NCBI RefSeq assembly: GCF_037042905.1
Contig: NW_026974140.1
Location: forward strand, 932,001-996,000
DNA: 64,000 nt
Source: Lytechinus pictus
Taxonomy: Eukaryota
Reading direction: 5' to 3'
Below the pieces are notes generated by a model. That model was not told the DNA's origin and ran no database searches. It was given only the letters and a program-made list of their open reading frames with translations. A program made the position numbers and the translations under genes. This document shows positions 11,485 to 25,344 of the stretch, piece after piece (positions within the stretch are counted from its first letter, which is position 1; each line of letters starts with the position of its first letter).

Positions 11485-11720
11485 AATAGACCGGTTTACT
11501 AACATATTCAGATTTTATGCATACCAGTTTAACAAAGGTTGCTTCTAACAACCGGAAAGCTTGCCTGATATTTGCCGAAAATAGCAACAACTAATATATG
11601 CAAAGTGGATTCCAAGTATTGAAATACCATTAATAGGTACAGGTTAATAGAATAACTCGTTACTAGGCCCCGATGGAAGAAACATCCATAAATTTGACTA
11701 TATTAGTAAACCGGTCTATT
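11485..11720. mobile_element. MITE with TAG...CTA-type (Academ-like) termini
   Basis: aatagaccggtttactaa ... ttagtaaaccggtctatt is a perfect 18-bp inverted repeat. Confidence 0.75.
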
Positions 11721-11939
11721 CCAGGGCGTCACTGGTACCTATCTCCTGTTGGTGGCGAGCTGCTCATTGTTGGAAAGTGAACATTGCGCGTTGGATCTCA
11801 AATCAAAAGTTTTTTATTAGAATATCTCTTTTACAGTTTTATTGATCAAATTTGTATATATCCAACATATAGTATTCCTCTGGTAATTATGGAGTCAGAA
11901 GACATGGAACTGTTATTATTTTGGCTATATAGATCCATA

Positions 11940-14688
11940 GGGCGATTCCACACTAGAACTTCAAAAATATCATAAATTTCAACATGCTTTCAATAAGTCA
12001 TAAGTAGTGTAATATTTTACTATGATACCTAAATTTTATGAAAATTACGAGTTTTAACCAAAAGTGAAATCAGATATATTTTTTGGGGGAGGAACAATGG
12101 AATTTTCAATTTTCAATAATTTTGCTAATTAAATAGTCAAGTACAAATACTGCCTGAAACAATTATTGGCAAAGCACGAGAAGATTGAAAATATTGCAGG
12201 TCAATGGAATAATGTATCATTGATGGTTCCAAATAATATCTACAACATTTTCATGATCCATAATAGGGGCAGCCCTGATTTTTCCGAACCTATTTTTGGC
12301 AATGTCCCGTACGACACATAAAAGTGCAAAATTTTATCCTACAATTTTATTTTTGATGATGCAATTTCACAATATCAGTTTCTCTTTCTTTGACCCATGG
12401 GTGATCGATTTATCCCATAAGGATCTAATCACTGTCCTTTATTTTTCAATAATTGTCCTATTAAAAGTTGTCCCTTACGACACATAATATATAATGCATT
12501 TAATTGCAGGATTTGGATTCAGAAACTATAAATAGTAGGTCTATTTTAATTCAAGAAATTGATTTGACATAAAGTGAACTGAAAAATACTTTTTTTATCT
12601 CCATAGAACATGAATTGAGTAGCAACTTCATTGTCCGGTTGTGAATAGTAGATCACTGCCACAAAGAGAGACGAAATACATCGAGGTAAACGTGTATGCT
12701 GGATGACGCCATACATCAAAACACTAATAAATGCTAGACAAAAAGCGTTTAAGAAGGGGGACATGCATCCCAATATGATCTGTTTCTTCCTTAGTTTTTC
12801 ATTTGTTGCATTATGATTACTATTTCCGATAATTTTTTTTCCATCTTTGTTAAATACCAAATCTCTTTAACTCTGTTCCTGTCTCTCCCCCTCTCTTCCT
12901 CTTATTTCATTTTGTCTTTCTTTCTAACAATGTTCTCACTGCATGTACTTCATTCTACCTCTGAGTCTTCCAACTCATATGCTGGGTATGTCAATTACTT
13001 TCATATTTATGTATAATTATTTTGTAATATAATTTCATTTTGATATTTGCGTATTTTATTCTAAGTTGTATATTTTTGTATATGTCTGTATATGCCATCT
13101 GTAAACTGAATGTAATTCAGCCTTTGGCTGCTATTTTCAGTGAATATTTGAAATAAATAAACCATTCAATCAATCAATCATGAAAGAGGTGATTCTAACC
13201 ATTTTAATTGATTTCATGTAGGTGTATTCTTTTGTGAATCCCTTCAGCTAAACTGGTGATTTTCACTGGTCAGAGCAGGTTAATTTCTCTGTCACTGAGC
13301 ATGAAAAGAAAACCTTTATAATTGATTCACCCTAGCCTGGAAGATGACTTCCTCTTGCATGCTAATGTGGAATTATTATAAGATGTAAAAAAAAAATACA
13401 TATCAATCAACTATTTGGACTTCCCTTGATGATCACCAATTTGTTTATATACAGTACTGAAACTCCGTACTTTTTTCAAGTTGTAAAAAAAATCTGGAAA
13501 ATAAGACAAACCATGTTGTTCAAAAAAAATCTGGAAAATAAGACAAACCATATGTTTTCATGAAATGCAGAAAGGTTTGAAAAAGTAGAACCGTATTTCT
13601 TTAGAAAAAAATATTTTGTGGAATTACAAGTGACAGTTGTGACATAGATCGTGTATATATACATTTTATATGAAAAATTATAACATTTTAGCCCCATAAT
13701 TTACACAAACAGTTTCATTCATTGGGTTTAAATTGTTTAAATAGTGTATTGGAAATCATCAATTAATTCACTGAAATATAACTTCACACAAAACCTCAAG
13801 TTTTACAGCTCGTAAAAATGCTGCGAAACCTTGTGCATTTCCCATCGTGAAAAAAATGATAACATATTGCTCCCGATTGTATATATTGAGGTAACTTACT
13901 AGTAATTATATTGTCTTGAATGACTACTTATTAAACGACTTTTCATTAAAAAGGAAGAATTTAGGGGCAATGCTCCCCTTCTGATTGATTAAAGTTCATT
14001 ATTTTATTCAGACTGTCCAGTACAACACGCAAGTGCCTGTACGACACACAAGTGTCCCGTACGACACAGAAGTGCCCTGTACGACACACAAGTGTCCCGT
14101 ACGACACATTATTTTGTTTATGATATATTGACAGAAATATTCAGCCAATTGCGGTTTCTAACATAATGAATGTCTTTATTTTGATAGGACTATCATTATC
14201 ATCAGCCAAATAAAATGATTGAAAAAGTCAAAGAGACATAAAGTAAGAAAGTTTGGCTTCAATTTAGAGATGTCCCGTACGACACATTTTGAGTGTCCCG
14301 TACGCCACAATGTTCTCGAAAATGTTAATTTGCTTTATTTATTCATGAATGTTTTATTTTGCTTTCTTTCATAGATGTGTTTGTTTTTGGGTAATTGAAT
14401 ATCAATTTGAGTTCAGTTTCTTTGAAAATTATCTGACCAACTCACAGACTTTAGAGTACAAACTTGAGGTTTCGAAAAAAGCCACCTTTTCTGCGTCCGT
14501 ACGACACATTACTATTTTAAATCTCTATTATACAGGATGTGAATTCAAGTCATGTTAAGTCTTGGTTTTTCTAACACTCTGGTAGTACTTGATGATCACC
14601 TTTAGTTACTGGAATATTTTTTGTTTTTCTTGTAAAAAAACTGTCAAATGTTCTCTAAATGTCCCGTACGACACGTATGGAATCACCC
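11940..14688. mobile_element. 2.75 kb non-autonomous DNA transposon with GGG termini (Sola2/Zator-like)
   Basis: gggcgattcca ... tggaatcaccc, with flanks cata/caga. The motif gtcccgtacgacac recurs (12304, 12470, 14035-14107, 14272, 14295, 14495, 14661). A LINE-like 3' tail (caat)n lies inside at ~13165-13180. Confidence 0.65.
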
Positions 14689-15501
14689 CAGAAATGTTTT
14701 GGATATTCATGTTTGTGCAATCATCAATTTCAGGTTTCTGAATGTATCAGGATTGGGTTTTGGCTTAGTGGTCGAGGATTTTGCTTTGCGTCCCACCCCC
14801 ACCCACAAACAACAATATATAGTTGACTTGCCATATTATTGTATTTTAATACATGTAAGTCAGGTATATGAATTTTTTTTTGTATTCTAAGAATTTTATG
14901 TCGTATATGATAATGCTTTTGTCTAGTTTTGTTTTTAGGAGTTTCACAGAGTATTCATTTGCTTTATTTTGCTGATTTGTTCTCCTTAACAAAATATATA
15001 TAGCACCATTTTGCTAGTACGTTTGTTTCTTTTGATTGCTCTTTCGTTTATGTACATATATTTTATAGAAACAGGCCCACTCCACCTCAAGTAAAAGGTT
15101 GTCTTGTACACATCGGGGTATGGCCTTCTAATCTAAATTGTTTGGTCTTCCTTATGGTATGAGATATATGGAGTTTAATTTAAACTATTATTTGAATAGT
15201 TTTGTGGAGTAGAGTATTTGTTACCCATACAGATAACATGACTTTTGTCTTTCTTAATCTAAGAGTTTTATGAAGGATATTGACGACTAGATTTGCTTCA
15301 CATCTCAGTGTATTTGGTTGATTTTTTCTTCAATACAGTTACAACAGCACTTTATATGCACATGTATTTCTTGAGTGCTTTATGTACTGTATCTTAAGCT
15401 TATTATAATGACTTACATTCATTCATTTTATAATTTTAAGCCTGGTGATGCTTCTGTTACTTGATGTATGTCAAATTCATAGATGCCTTGATATTAATGT
15501 T

Positions 15502-15718
15502 GGGGTGTTGCAAGAAAATATTTGCGATCAATTGCAAATTTATGATGCAAATTTACAAGTAATAGATCAATTTAAACTAAAGCAAATCAATTTATACTTG
15601 TTGATGCAAGAAGCAGGCCATCAGTCAGTTGCAAATTTGCAATGAAATGCATGAATTTTAATTGATTTTGGGACCTGAAATTGACTTGCGATCAATTGCA
15701 AGTTTCTTGCAACACCCC
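15502..15718. mobile_element. MITE (Harbinger-like)
   Basis: ggggtgttgcaagaaa ... tttcttgcaacacccc is a perfect 16-bp TIR. Confidence 0.75.
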
Positions 15719-16619
15719 ATAAGAGTACAGAATATATGAATAATGCGTGTGAGCACCAGCGCTGGTATGAGGCAAGTAAAAGTATTGTGGAAATATGAAA
15801 AGATGTGACGAATATGAGAATAGATGAGCATGAGAAGACTGAGAAACATCTAAAATTGTCTTTTAACCAGGACTTCGATTTAGCTAATTTATAGAGAAAT
15901 GATATGCACTGAGGCCAAAAATCAAAAGATATTAAGAAAACGATATCTTTGCAGATCTTGCTTTTCTTTTACAAATAAATAATTTTTACCAAAGAGTTTA
16001 CCTTATGAAGGGATGGTCCAGGCTGGAGATATTTACATATCAATACATAGAGTAAAATTCACAAAGCAAAATGCTGAAAGTTTGATAAAAATCGGATAAC
16101 AAATAACGAAGTTATTGAATATTAACTCATTGAGTGCTTCGTGCACGCTACGTATCCTACTATAACATGCCACACTCGTGCTCGCACGCCTACTATTGAT
16201 TGCTTTGTGCTTGCATTGTTTCCTACCCTCGCCTGCTTCGTGCATGACTGCGCACATTCGGAATTACAATCATTGTTACACCGTTTTGCGTTGTATTGCG
16301 CATCGCATGCACGCCGTAATTAGCACTATTGTGTGCAGTGCGAACTCTGCTTTCTGACAGATCAACTTACGCGGTTTACATTCGACTTTTTCGAGTATTT
16401 CTACATTTTTCACAAGATATGGCTCCGCCTCCGAGAGGGAAGAGACCAAGGTTTTTTTATCCATACAAAACACTCCACAAAATGGAACTACTTGATACAA
16501 CCCAGGTCAAAAAACCAGTTAAGGACCAGTTCATCCAACTGGTACTGGTACCAGTTGATTCCAGTTAGCGAACTGGATTCAATATGGAAATTGGAATACT
16601 GGAATCAACTGGAATCCAG

Positions 16620-17072
16620 TTGACAAATTGTAACTGGTACCAGTTGGAAATACCAGTTGGCAACTGGTCCTAACTGGTACCAGTTAGGACCAGTTGGAAA
16701 CATGAGTTGTCAACTGGTGCCAGTTAAAACCAGTTGGAAACACCAATTGTCAACTGGTGCCAGTTAGGACCAGTTGGAAACACAAGTTGTCAACTGGTGC
16801 CAGTTCAAACCAGTTGGAAACAGCAATTGTCAACTTGTGCCAGTTAGGACCAGTTGGAAGCATGAGTTGTCAACTGGTGCCAGTTAAAACCAGTTGGAAA
16901 CACCAATTGTCAACTGGTGCCAGTTAGGACCAGTTGGAAACATGAGTTGTCAACTGGTGCCAGTTAAAACCATTTGGAAACACCAGTTGTCAACTGGTGC
17001 CAGTTAGAACAAGTTGGAAGCACCAGTTAGGACCAGTTGGAAACACAAATTGTCAAGTGGTACCAGTTAGAA
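16620..17072. repeat. 40-bp tandem array (left subterminal), partly alternating as an 80-bp dimer
   Basis: cagttaggaccagttggaaacatgagttgtcaactggtgc alternates with cagttaaaaccagttggaaacaccaattgtcaactggtgc. Confidence 0.9.
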
Positions 17073-18376
17073 ACACCCTGCAATGTATAGCATAAACAAA
17101 AATGAATCATGTGGATATGTACATTACTGATCTTTCACTCTTCTCGTATAATCACTCCTTCGTTTTCTTTGCGCACACACACATTATAATATTGGTACCA
17201 ACACCCCCCCCCCTCAGGCGGTTATTTCAATTAATTATCTTCAATTATCTTTACATTGAATGTCCACTCCTGTTATAACAATGTGCATGGACAAGTGAAA
17301 TGATTATCCTTGCACATAGGACTGATGAAATGAATCAAGGAAAAATTTTCGCATGGAATTGAAACCTGTTACTTTCCACATGCACAATATAACAGGATTG
17401 GACTGTAAACTTGCTCTAGTAAATCAATCCCTCAGTCTCTTTAAATCTGTACAAAAATAACATCAGAGAATGACAAAAGTCACAAAAAACATATCTGTAT
17501 GGTATCAAAACTAGGAATTTAATGAAAGAAAATTGTTACAAACTGTAACATGCTGTGTATAATTCTTGTATTATGTGTCAACAAAGATCATTAACTTACA
17601 CAGTAAATATGTAGTCAATCCAATTTTTACAAGCTAGCTTGGGGACAAAATTTGAATATAATGCATCTAAGCATTTACCTTCAATAAATAATATGTACTA
17701 TTTTTAAAGGAATGATAAAGGAGTCTTTTTAATTATTATTTATTGAGATCTTGGGGCCCTCACTGGCTGAAGAATAAACGCGAGACGGGTACCTTCCTTT
17801 CCTGTAGTGGCACTTGATCTTTGCTGGTAGGTGCGATGTATCTGAAGATTAGAAAAAAAACAATGGAATGAAAAATAATAAGTAGAGTGAATACCGTAAT
17901 ACAAAATTTCAGTGGTGTAAAATTATATCTGCACATAAAGAAAATACCTGGGATAGTGAAACTTCTTCCAAGTTCCATATTTTAATGATTCAATTATAAA
18001 TGATAGACAGCACATCATCATTTTTATTACAACATGTAAATTAAGTTCACATGGTCTTGGGAATACTTCTGAAATTGACATCACAGAGATGAAATTGCCT
18101 CGACCTTATACCTATACATTTATTTTAATAATAAAGACTTAGACTATGTACGTTTGCATATATGTATCTTGGAGTCTATGTTGCACATTATCTGCTAACA
18201 TCTGATGGGTATTTCAGTGCCGACTATTTCAGTGAAATCATTGCTTTTGATAACTGTCGGAAAAAGACAACTTGTTAATGCTGACAACTTTCAAAAAACA
18301 GTTCCCAGAACATGTTTAAAAACGCAAGACTAAGCACAAAAAAAAATTGAAATACAAAATTTTATCCGAGGATTAA

Positions 18377-18958
18377 AGGGATGGTCCGGGCCGAAAATAT
18401 TTACGTCTAAATAATAAGAGTAAAATTCACAGAGCAAAATGATGAAAATTTCATCAAAATAGGATAACAAGTTATTGAATTTTAAAGTTTATCAATATTT
18501 TGTGAAAACAGTTGTATGCACTTCGTCATGAATATTCATTAGGTGGGCTGATGTCACATCTCCACTTTCCTTTTTTTATGTTACTAGATGAAATCATAAA
18601 TGTTTAATTTTTTCATACATGTGTAAATGATGCGTCTCCATTGTAATGAAATAAGTTGCGTCAATAACTAATGCACCTAATCAGTTGTCAATCCAATTGC
18701 CAATAGTTCTTGGTTGAAAATATTTTAATAAACCTTACCTCATATAATAAAATACAAAAGGGCAATTGGGGATATGACATCATCAGCCAACCTAATGAAT
18801 ATTCATAAAGACATGCCTAGAACTATTTCACCGGAATAATGCAAATCTTTAAAATTCAAAACCTTAACTAGTTATCCGATTTTGATCAAGTTTTCAGCAT
18901 TTTGCTCTGTGAATTTTACTCCATTTATTGAGACATGTTTCCAGCCTGGACCATCCCT
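18377..18958. mobile_element. Complete non-autonomous Kolobok-type element (family A)
   Basis: TTAA|agggatggtccgggc ... gcctggaccatccct|TTAA. Partial copies at ~16009-16125, 24083-24539 and 28104-28680. Confidence 0.85.
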
Positions 18959-21900
18959 TTAATTCTACTTCTACGGTACCCCCACACATACTGGTAAGTC
19001 GGAGGTAAAAAAACAATGAGAACCAATTTAATTTCAAAGATAAAAAATTACCCCAGCCTCCAGATTTAATCTGAAATTATACTTCCAGTTCCAAATTCAT
19101 GCCAGTTGGTTATGCAAAAGCATGAATTAAAATTGATGGGCATGGGCCCATGTCACTGGCTAGCCTAGAGGACTCCATGAAGATAATTTTATCATTTTTA
19201 CATTGTATTTTCATCACGGAGCCAAGACAAGCCTCCTATAAGTTTGGTCGTACAACTGTGTAAACAAAGATGGATTTCCCTCAGAAATCCACCTTTCCCA
19301 TAATGATTTTGGGCAAACATTTAATTTTTACATTTTGTAAGCCTTGATACTCTAAATGTGTACAAAGGCTTAAAAAAAATTAATTGTAAAATGTACAAAT
19401 TGGAAATTTTCTTACAAAAAGGATCACTTGCTTGCAGATCTTGTTGTCCTCACTGCCTCTGAAGAGTTCACGTGCGACAGGTACATTCCTTTCCTGTACT
19501 GGCACACGTTCTTTGCTGGTAGATGCGATGTACCTGAAGAATTTTTTTTTAAACAATGGAGAGAAGAATAATCAGTACAGTGAACAACAGTGAATAACAA
19601 ATACGTATATACAGTGAATAGCAATACATGTCTACACCTAAGGCGGGCAAGGGTTACTACAGAGTGTTGTAAAATTCCATTGCACATTAAGAAAAATACA
19701 TGGGATTGTGAATCAATGATTCAACTATGATGATAAACAGCACATCATCATATTTATTTAAAAAATGAGTAAGTTCACTTGGTCTTGGGAATACTTCTGA
19801 AATCGATGTCGCAGAGATCAGTCCTTCATGTCAATTCCATGGAGCTCAATAAATGGCTCTCCTTATGTTTTTGAGGAGCTCAATCGAGCTCCTCAGAATT
19901 TGCTTTCCTAGACACACTCAATTTTATATTTATAAAATGTTAAATTGTAGATTTTTATTAAAATTGTAAATACAACAGCTGTGTAGCTATTAATTAATCT
20001 GTGGTGAAACTAGGCTTGGGTCATTATGTACAAAAATATCACGCTCCTCAAAAAAAAATTATTAGGCCTAAAAAAGTGCTAGAATTTCATATTTTACATC
20101 TTTAAAACCATGAAATCGCCATCTCTTTTCCAACAAAGACCCCAAAAGAAAACTTGACATCTGAATTACCTAACTTACAGCCTCCTCGCATGGAGGGCAG
20201 CAACGAAATATTCGGATCTCCACTCCTGGCGTTTCTGAGCTGGGCTTCTTCTGGAAACTACCGGTACCCCAGCGGCCCCCCCCCCCCCAGGTCATGTTCA
20301 CTGACTTCATCTCCTCAGTATGACTCCAGGTGGTTTTGGGTCTCCCTCTCTCCTGAAATACACACAGTCAAAAAGTGATAAACAGCTATTCATGAAAAAA
20401 TCTGACTCTTAAAATGGTGGAAAAAATAATGAATTTCGATTTTCGGCATTTCATGCGATTCTCATCAAAATCCTCAAATCGGCATTTCATGTGATTCTCA
20501 TCAAAATCCTCAAATCGTGTGTAAAGTGATTGGTGCGCAGACACAAGGCACTGGCCACTGCCACTATCAGTATCATAATGTTAAATCTGAAATTGAAAAT
20601 CATAACTGCATGGCTGAGTCTCAGATTTTTTCCAAGAAAATCAGTTTCACATTCGATCACATAATAAGACATATCTCTCTCATTTTCTAAATAGATTTAT
20701 TTTGCATACGGTACTTACTTATAACAATATATGGAACATTATCAACTGAAAGATTTTGTGAAATAAAAAATTCATGTGAAATCTCAACACAAATCGTAAG
20801 GTCAATATGATGTTTGTGCGCAGACTTGGAGCGGCATGCAGCCACACATCCACGCCCGTCGTCGCGGTCAGGATGTCCTGACGATCCGACTCTACAGCTA
20901 GCTGCGAGCCGCGCCATTTAACAAACTACGAAAAGAAAATCATATAAAATTGTTAACTTACTTGTAGAGCCTACTGCGAATGTCTTAGCTTTCAAGTCAT
21001 TGTCCAAATCTGGTCCGTGTGATTTCAGTGGTTGAATTAAAATTGTTGAATTGATATTATTAAAACGGCCTTCTTTAGTTTACCCTTCTTTATCGCACTC
21101 GATAAAACTGTGCTGTGTAAATGTTAACGGCACGGCGAAGATGGCTTTTTCAAATTGCAATTGGCGGGCATAAATTGGCGGTTTGCGTTTGGCGGCTGGT
21201 TAATTTGCATAATTATACGGACGATAGCGATCAGTGGCACTCAGTGTGCATGCGCAGGCCCGCCCGCGCCCGGTGATTGAAGGAAGATCTGCTGAGTCAG
21301 GAATAGGAATAATGAAAGGGGGGGGGGGTCTAAAGCAAGAAAGAAGTTTTTAAATAGATATACGAACTTCTTGACATAAAAATTTCTTCTTGTTCGGTTT
21401 TGGTTGGCAACCAGTCAAGAAATGACGATTTTTGCCACTGCTTTTGGAGCTTTTTTTTTCTTTGAAAGATTAAGAATAAATTAGCTTAATATTTGTTCTT
21501 TACTTCTATTTTATTTATTTCTTTTTCTTTGAAATATAAAGATAGCCTTGCTAACATGGCAAGGTTGTAAACTAGCAATAAATATGCGCATTATAAATAG
21601 AAAAAATAGCTATTCTATTCACCTGCAAAAATATTTTTTTAATATCAGTGAGTTAAAAAAAAAAATACACTAATTTTTATATGATTTGTAAAAATAGTGT
21701 AAAATAGTCCCCTTTAACTTATATTAGAAAAAAAGGGATTAAACAGGAAGAAATATTTTTTCTCGCAACAAATATCTAGGGTAACAATTTTTTTAATGTA
21801 AACTAGAAAATTTCACTGAGAATAACATGTTTCGATTTAAGTTATATGGTAATATCGAACCACATACTTTAATGAAACTTTTCAAGGTAGAAATATTAAA

Positions 21901-22729
21901 ATTAACATAAAGAATAATTAAGTTAGTTATTATGTAGATATTTTTTCCTCTTATCCTCAATCGAGCTGTTTTAATCACAACAATATATAGGATGGATGGA
22001 TAAATGGCATTTATTGTGGTAAAAGGCTGAATTACATGAATTTGTACAGAGCAAAATTTCAGTAAACAAACAAGCAACAAAAAATAACAAAGTATACTAA
22101 TGTATAATATTGGAAAGGGGATACAAAAAGAAAAGAATACAGGGGGGGGGAGTAATGTCAAAAGCAGGAACGGACAAAGGTTGGGAGTAGGCTAAATGTT
22201 AAACCTTAAACATAATGAACATTTTCACATAAATATAAATTTAACCAATGTTGAATGAATAACAATACATGTAGATTAAAGAGTGGATTGTATGAAATAA
22301 TACTTGCTTTTTTTAAAGAAAAGTAACGCTGTGTTGATGGTAATAATAATAGTTATAGGAAACACAGTCACGAATGATAATCATAAAGAATTATCTCAAA
22401 ATGAATTAAAAACAAAGATAAGAGGACGTTGAAGTAAGATGATCTTTACAAAAATATAAATATTAATGTAAAGCGGGTTACAGCTTTATTGAGCCAGTGA
22501 CTTGTCGGATAAGAAATTTGAATGATTACTGCAGATATCAACAATTTACAAAAATATTTCAAAAGTCAGTTACAGTTTAAGAGAAGCGACAAATAAAACA
22601 ACAAAGGTATGAAAACATAGTTCTTATATATATATATATAAACTCTGTTGGAAATAAGTACAATGCAATACCACTATGCCTCTTATATACATACATATAT
22701 ATAATATATATATGTATATGTATATACGG

Positions 22730-23600
22730 GTTTTTACTAGAATCAACTGGTAAGTCCTATTGGTTCTAACTGGTATCATTTGGTTTGATATTCCAGTATG
22801 GTTTATGGGTGTCAAGTGGGTTATGGGTGGCCTATGGGTTCCAACTGGTATAATCTGTTCCAGTTTGGTTTATGGGTTTTAACTGAAATCAGCTGGTAGA
22901 TATATACCGGTAATGCCTATTGGTTCTAACTGGTATCAATTGGTTTGATATTCCAGTATGGTAAATGGGTTTCAAGTGGGTTATGGGAGGTCTATGGGTT
23001 CTAACTGGTAAAATATGTTCCAGTTTGGTTTATGGGTTTTAACTGGAATCAACTGGTAGTATACCAGTAATGTATGTTGATTTTAACTGGTATCAATTGG
23101 TTTGATATTCCAGTATGGTTAATGGGTTTCAAGTGGGTTATGCGAGGTCTATGGGTTCCAACTGGTAAAATGTTCCAGTTTGGTTTATGGGTTTTAACTG
23201 GAATCAACTGGTAGTATACCAGTAATGTATGCTGGTTCTAACTGGTATCAATTGGTTTGAAATTCCAGTATGGTTAATGGGTTTCACGTGGGTCATGGGA
23301 GGCTATGGGTTCTAACTGGTATAATCTGTTCCAGTTTGGTTTATGGGTTTTAACTGGAATCAACTGGTAGGTATACCAGTAATGCATGCTGGTTCTAACT
23401 GGTATCAATTGGTTTAATGATACACCAGTATGGTTTATGGGTTTAATGTGGCATTAACTGGTATATACACCCATTGGGTTTCTATGGGTTCCAACTGGCA
23501 TCAAATGGTCCAGTTTGGCTAATGGGTTTTAAACTGGAATCTATTGGTAGATAAACCAGCAAGGCCTATAGGTTTTAACTGGTATTAACTGGTGTACTAA
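22730..23600. repeat. ~157-bp tandem array (right subterminal)
   Basis: aactggtatcaattggtttgatattccagtatgg recurs at ~22769, 22928, 23086, 23240 and 23397. Confidence 0.85.
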
Positions 23601-24082
23601 TTTATACCAGTATAATTAATTGGTTTCAACTGGAATAAACTTGTATGTTTTCAGCATGTCCAGTTGGGACAATGGGTTTCAACTGGAATATACTGGTATG
23701 GTGGGAGTTTACCAGTTGTGCCAATTGGTTTCAACTGGTACCAGTTGAAACCAGTTAAAATTTCAACTGGTTTCAACTGGTTTTTTTACCTGGGAACTCA
23801 TATTTTAGCGGTAAAGATAATAACCAATCCATATAAAGAGGACACCATTATTAAGGGTAATGAAATTTCCTACAACTTTACTACACAATAGTTTGTGGAT
23901 AAACTAATCGTTAGAGAGTTACAAGCAATTGTAATCATGACTTTTGAAAGGAGTGAATACGACTCGCGATCCCAAAATCAATGTGGCACAGGGGGGTTTT
24001 GTGGCTGGCACAGGGAATTAGCATCGGATTAGCACTGTGGCGTTGGGTTAGTAGTGTGTATGGCATGTTAAGAGTTAAAGAT

Positions 24083-24539
24083 TTGCATTTTGCCGGTGAA
24101 ATAGTTCTAGGCATGTCTTTATGAATATTCATTAGGTGGGCTGATGATGTCCTATCCCACTTGTTCTTTGGTATTTCATGATATGAAATTAGGTTTATTC
24201 AAAAAATTTCTACCAAGAACTAAAACAATTGGATTGACAACTGATTAAGTGCATTAGATATTTACTGCCGCAACTTATTTCATCATAATGGAGACACATC
24301 ATTTACACATGTATGAAAAAATGAAACATGATTTCATGTAATAACATAAGAAAAGGGGATTGAGGATGTGACATCAGCCCACCTAATGAATATTCATGAC
24401 GATGTGCATGTAACTGTTTTCACAAAATATTGATAAAACTTTGTTCTTTGTTATCCGATTTTGATGAAATTTTCAGCATTTTGCTCAGTGAATTTAACTA
24501 TTAATTTAGATATAAATATTTTCAGCCCGGATCATCCTT
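24083..24539. mobile_element. Partial Kolobok-type element (family A), inverted relative to 18377-18958
   Basis: Ends ttcagcccggatcatcctt|ttaa. The internal sequence is the reverse complement of the 18377 copy. Confidence 0.75.
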
Positions 24540-24672
24540 TTAATGAGGATTTGTTTCGCGACTATTTGAAATGCTAACTTTCATTTCTGACATGGCAATA
24601 AATGCCGAAGTTTATAACATATGTGTAATCCTGCTTTGTTTACTATTTATGAAAAAATGGTTAGCTTATTGA

Positions 24673-25344
24673 AGGTCAAGTCCACCCGAGATAAACGTTG
24701 ATTTGAATAAGTAGAGAAAAATCAAACTAGCATAACTGAAAATTTCATCAAAATCGGATGTAAAATAAGAAAGTTATGACATTTTTAAGTTTCGCTTATT
24801 TTTCACAAAACAGTGATATGCACAACTCAGTGACATGTTAATAAGACAGTCGATGATGTCCATCACTCACTTTTTCTTTTGTTCTCAATTGTTTGAATGA
24901 TAAAATATTTCATTTTTTACAGTTTTAACATTAATGACCGACTTGACTGAACCATATTTTGCAGGTCCTCTTTGTAAATCAGTTCTATAACTGAAAGGGC
25001 TACCCTGCGTAAAAACTGAAATAAATAAATATAGCATTAAATAATTCTAATTCCACATGTTCAGGGAGGAATTAATCCTCGTATCACTTGACAATAAGGA
25101 GAAAATGAGAATGTTTCATATTTCAGATAATAAAATACAAAAGAAAGAGTGGATGACGTCATGAGTCCCCTTATTTGCATACTGACCAGGATGTGTATAT
25201 AACTGTTTTGTGAAATTAAGCGAAAGTTTTAAATGTCATAACTTTCTTATTTTTCATCCGAATTCGAAGAAATTTTCAGTGTTATGCTTGCTAGATTTTT
25301 ATCTTTTTATTCAAATCAACTTTTTGTTGGGGTGGTCTTGTCCT
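24673..25344. mobile_element. Kolobok-type element (family B) containing a ~70-bp LINE-like 3' tail insertion
   Basis: ttga|aggtcaagtccaccc ... gggtggtcttgtcct|ttaa. The insert at ~24958-25030 reads gcaggtcctc...ggctaccctgcgtaaaaactgaaataaataaat. Confidence 0.75.

Larger units (their letters stand above)
16501..23794. mobile_element. 7.3 kb CACTA/EnSpm (CMC)-type DNA transposon with no transposase ORF visible
   Basis: aa|CCCAGGTCAAAAAACCAGTT ... AACTGGTTTTTTTACCTGGG|aa: TIRs with a 2-bp AA TSD. Both ends carry long ccagtt/aactgg subterminal arrays. Confidence 0.8.

Noticed and set aside
16620..17072. CRISPR-like regular repeats (also 37255-37730 and 14030-14107)
   Set aside because: Head-to-tail units without unique spacers, no cas genes, eukaryotic context.
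19876..19899. Palindrome tgaggagctc-aatc-gagctcctca as another footprint
   Set aside because: No flanking direct repeat.
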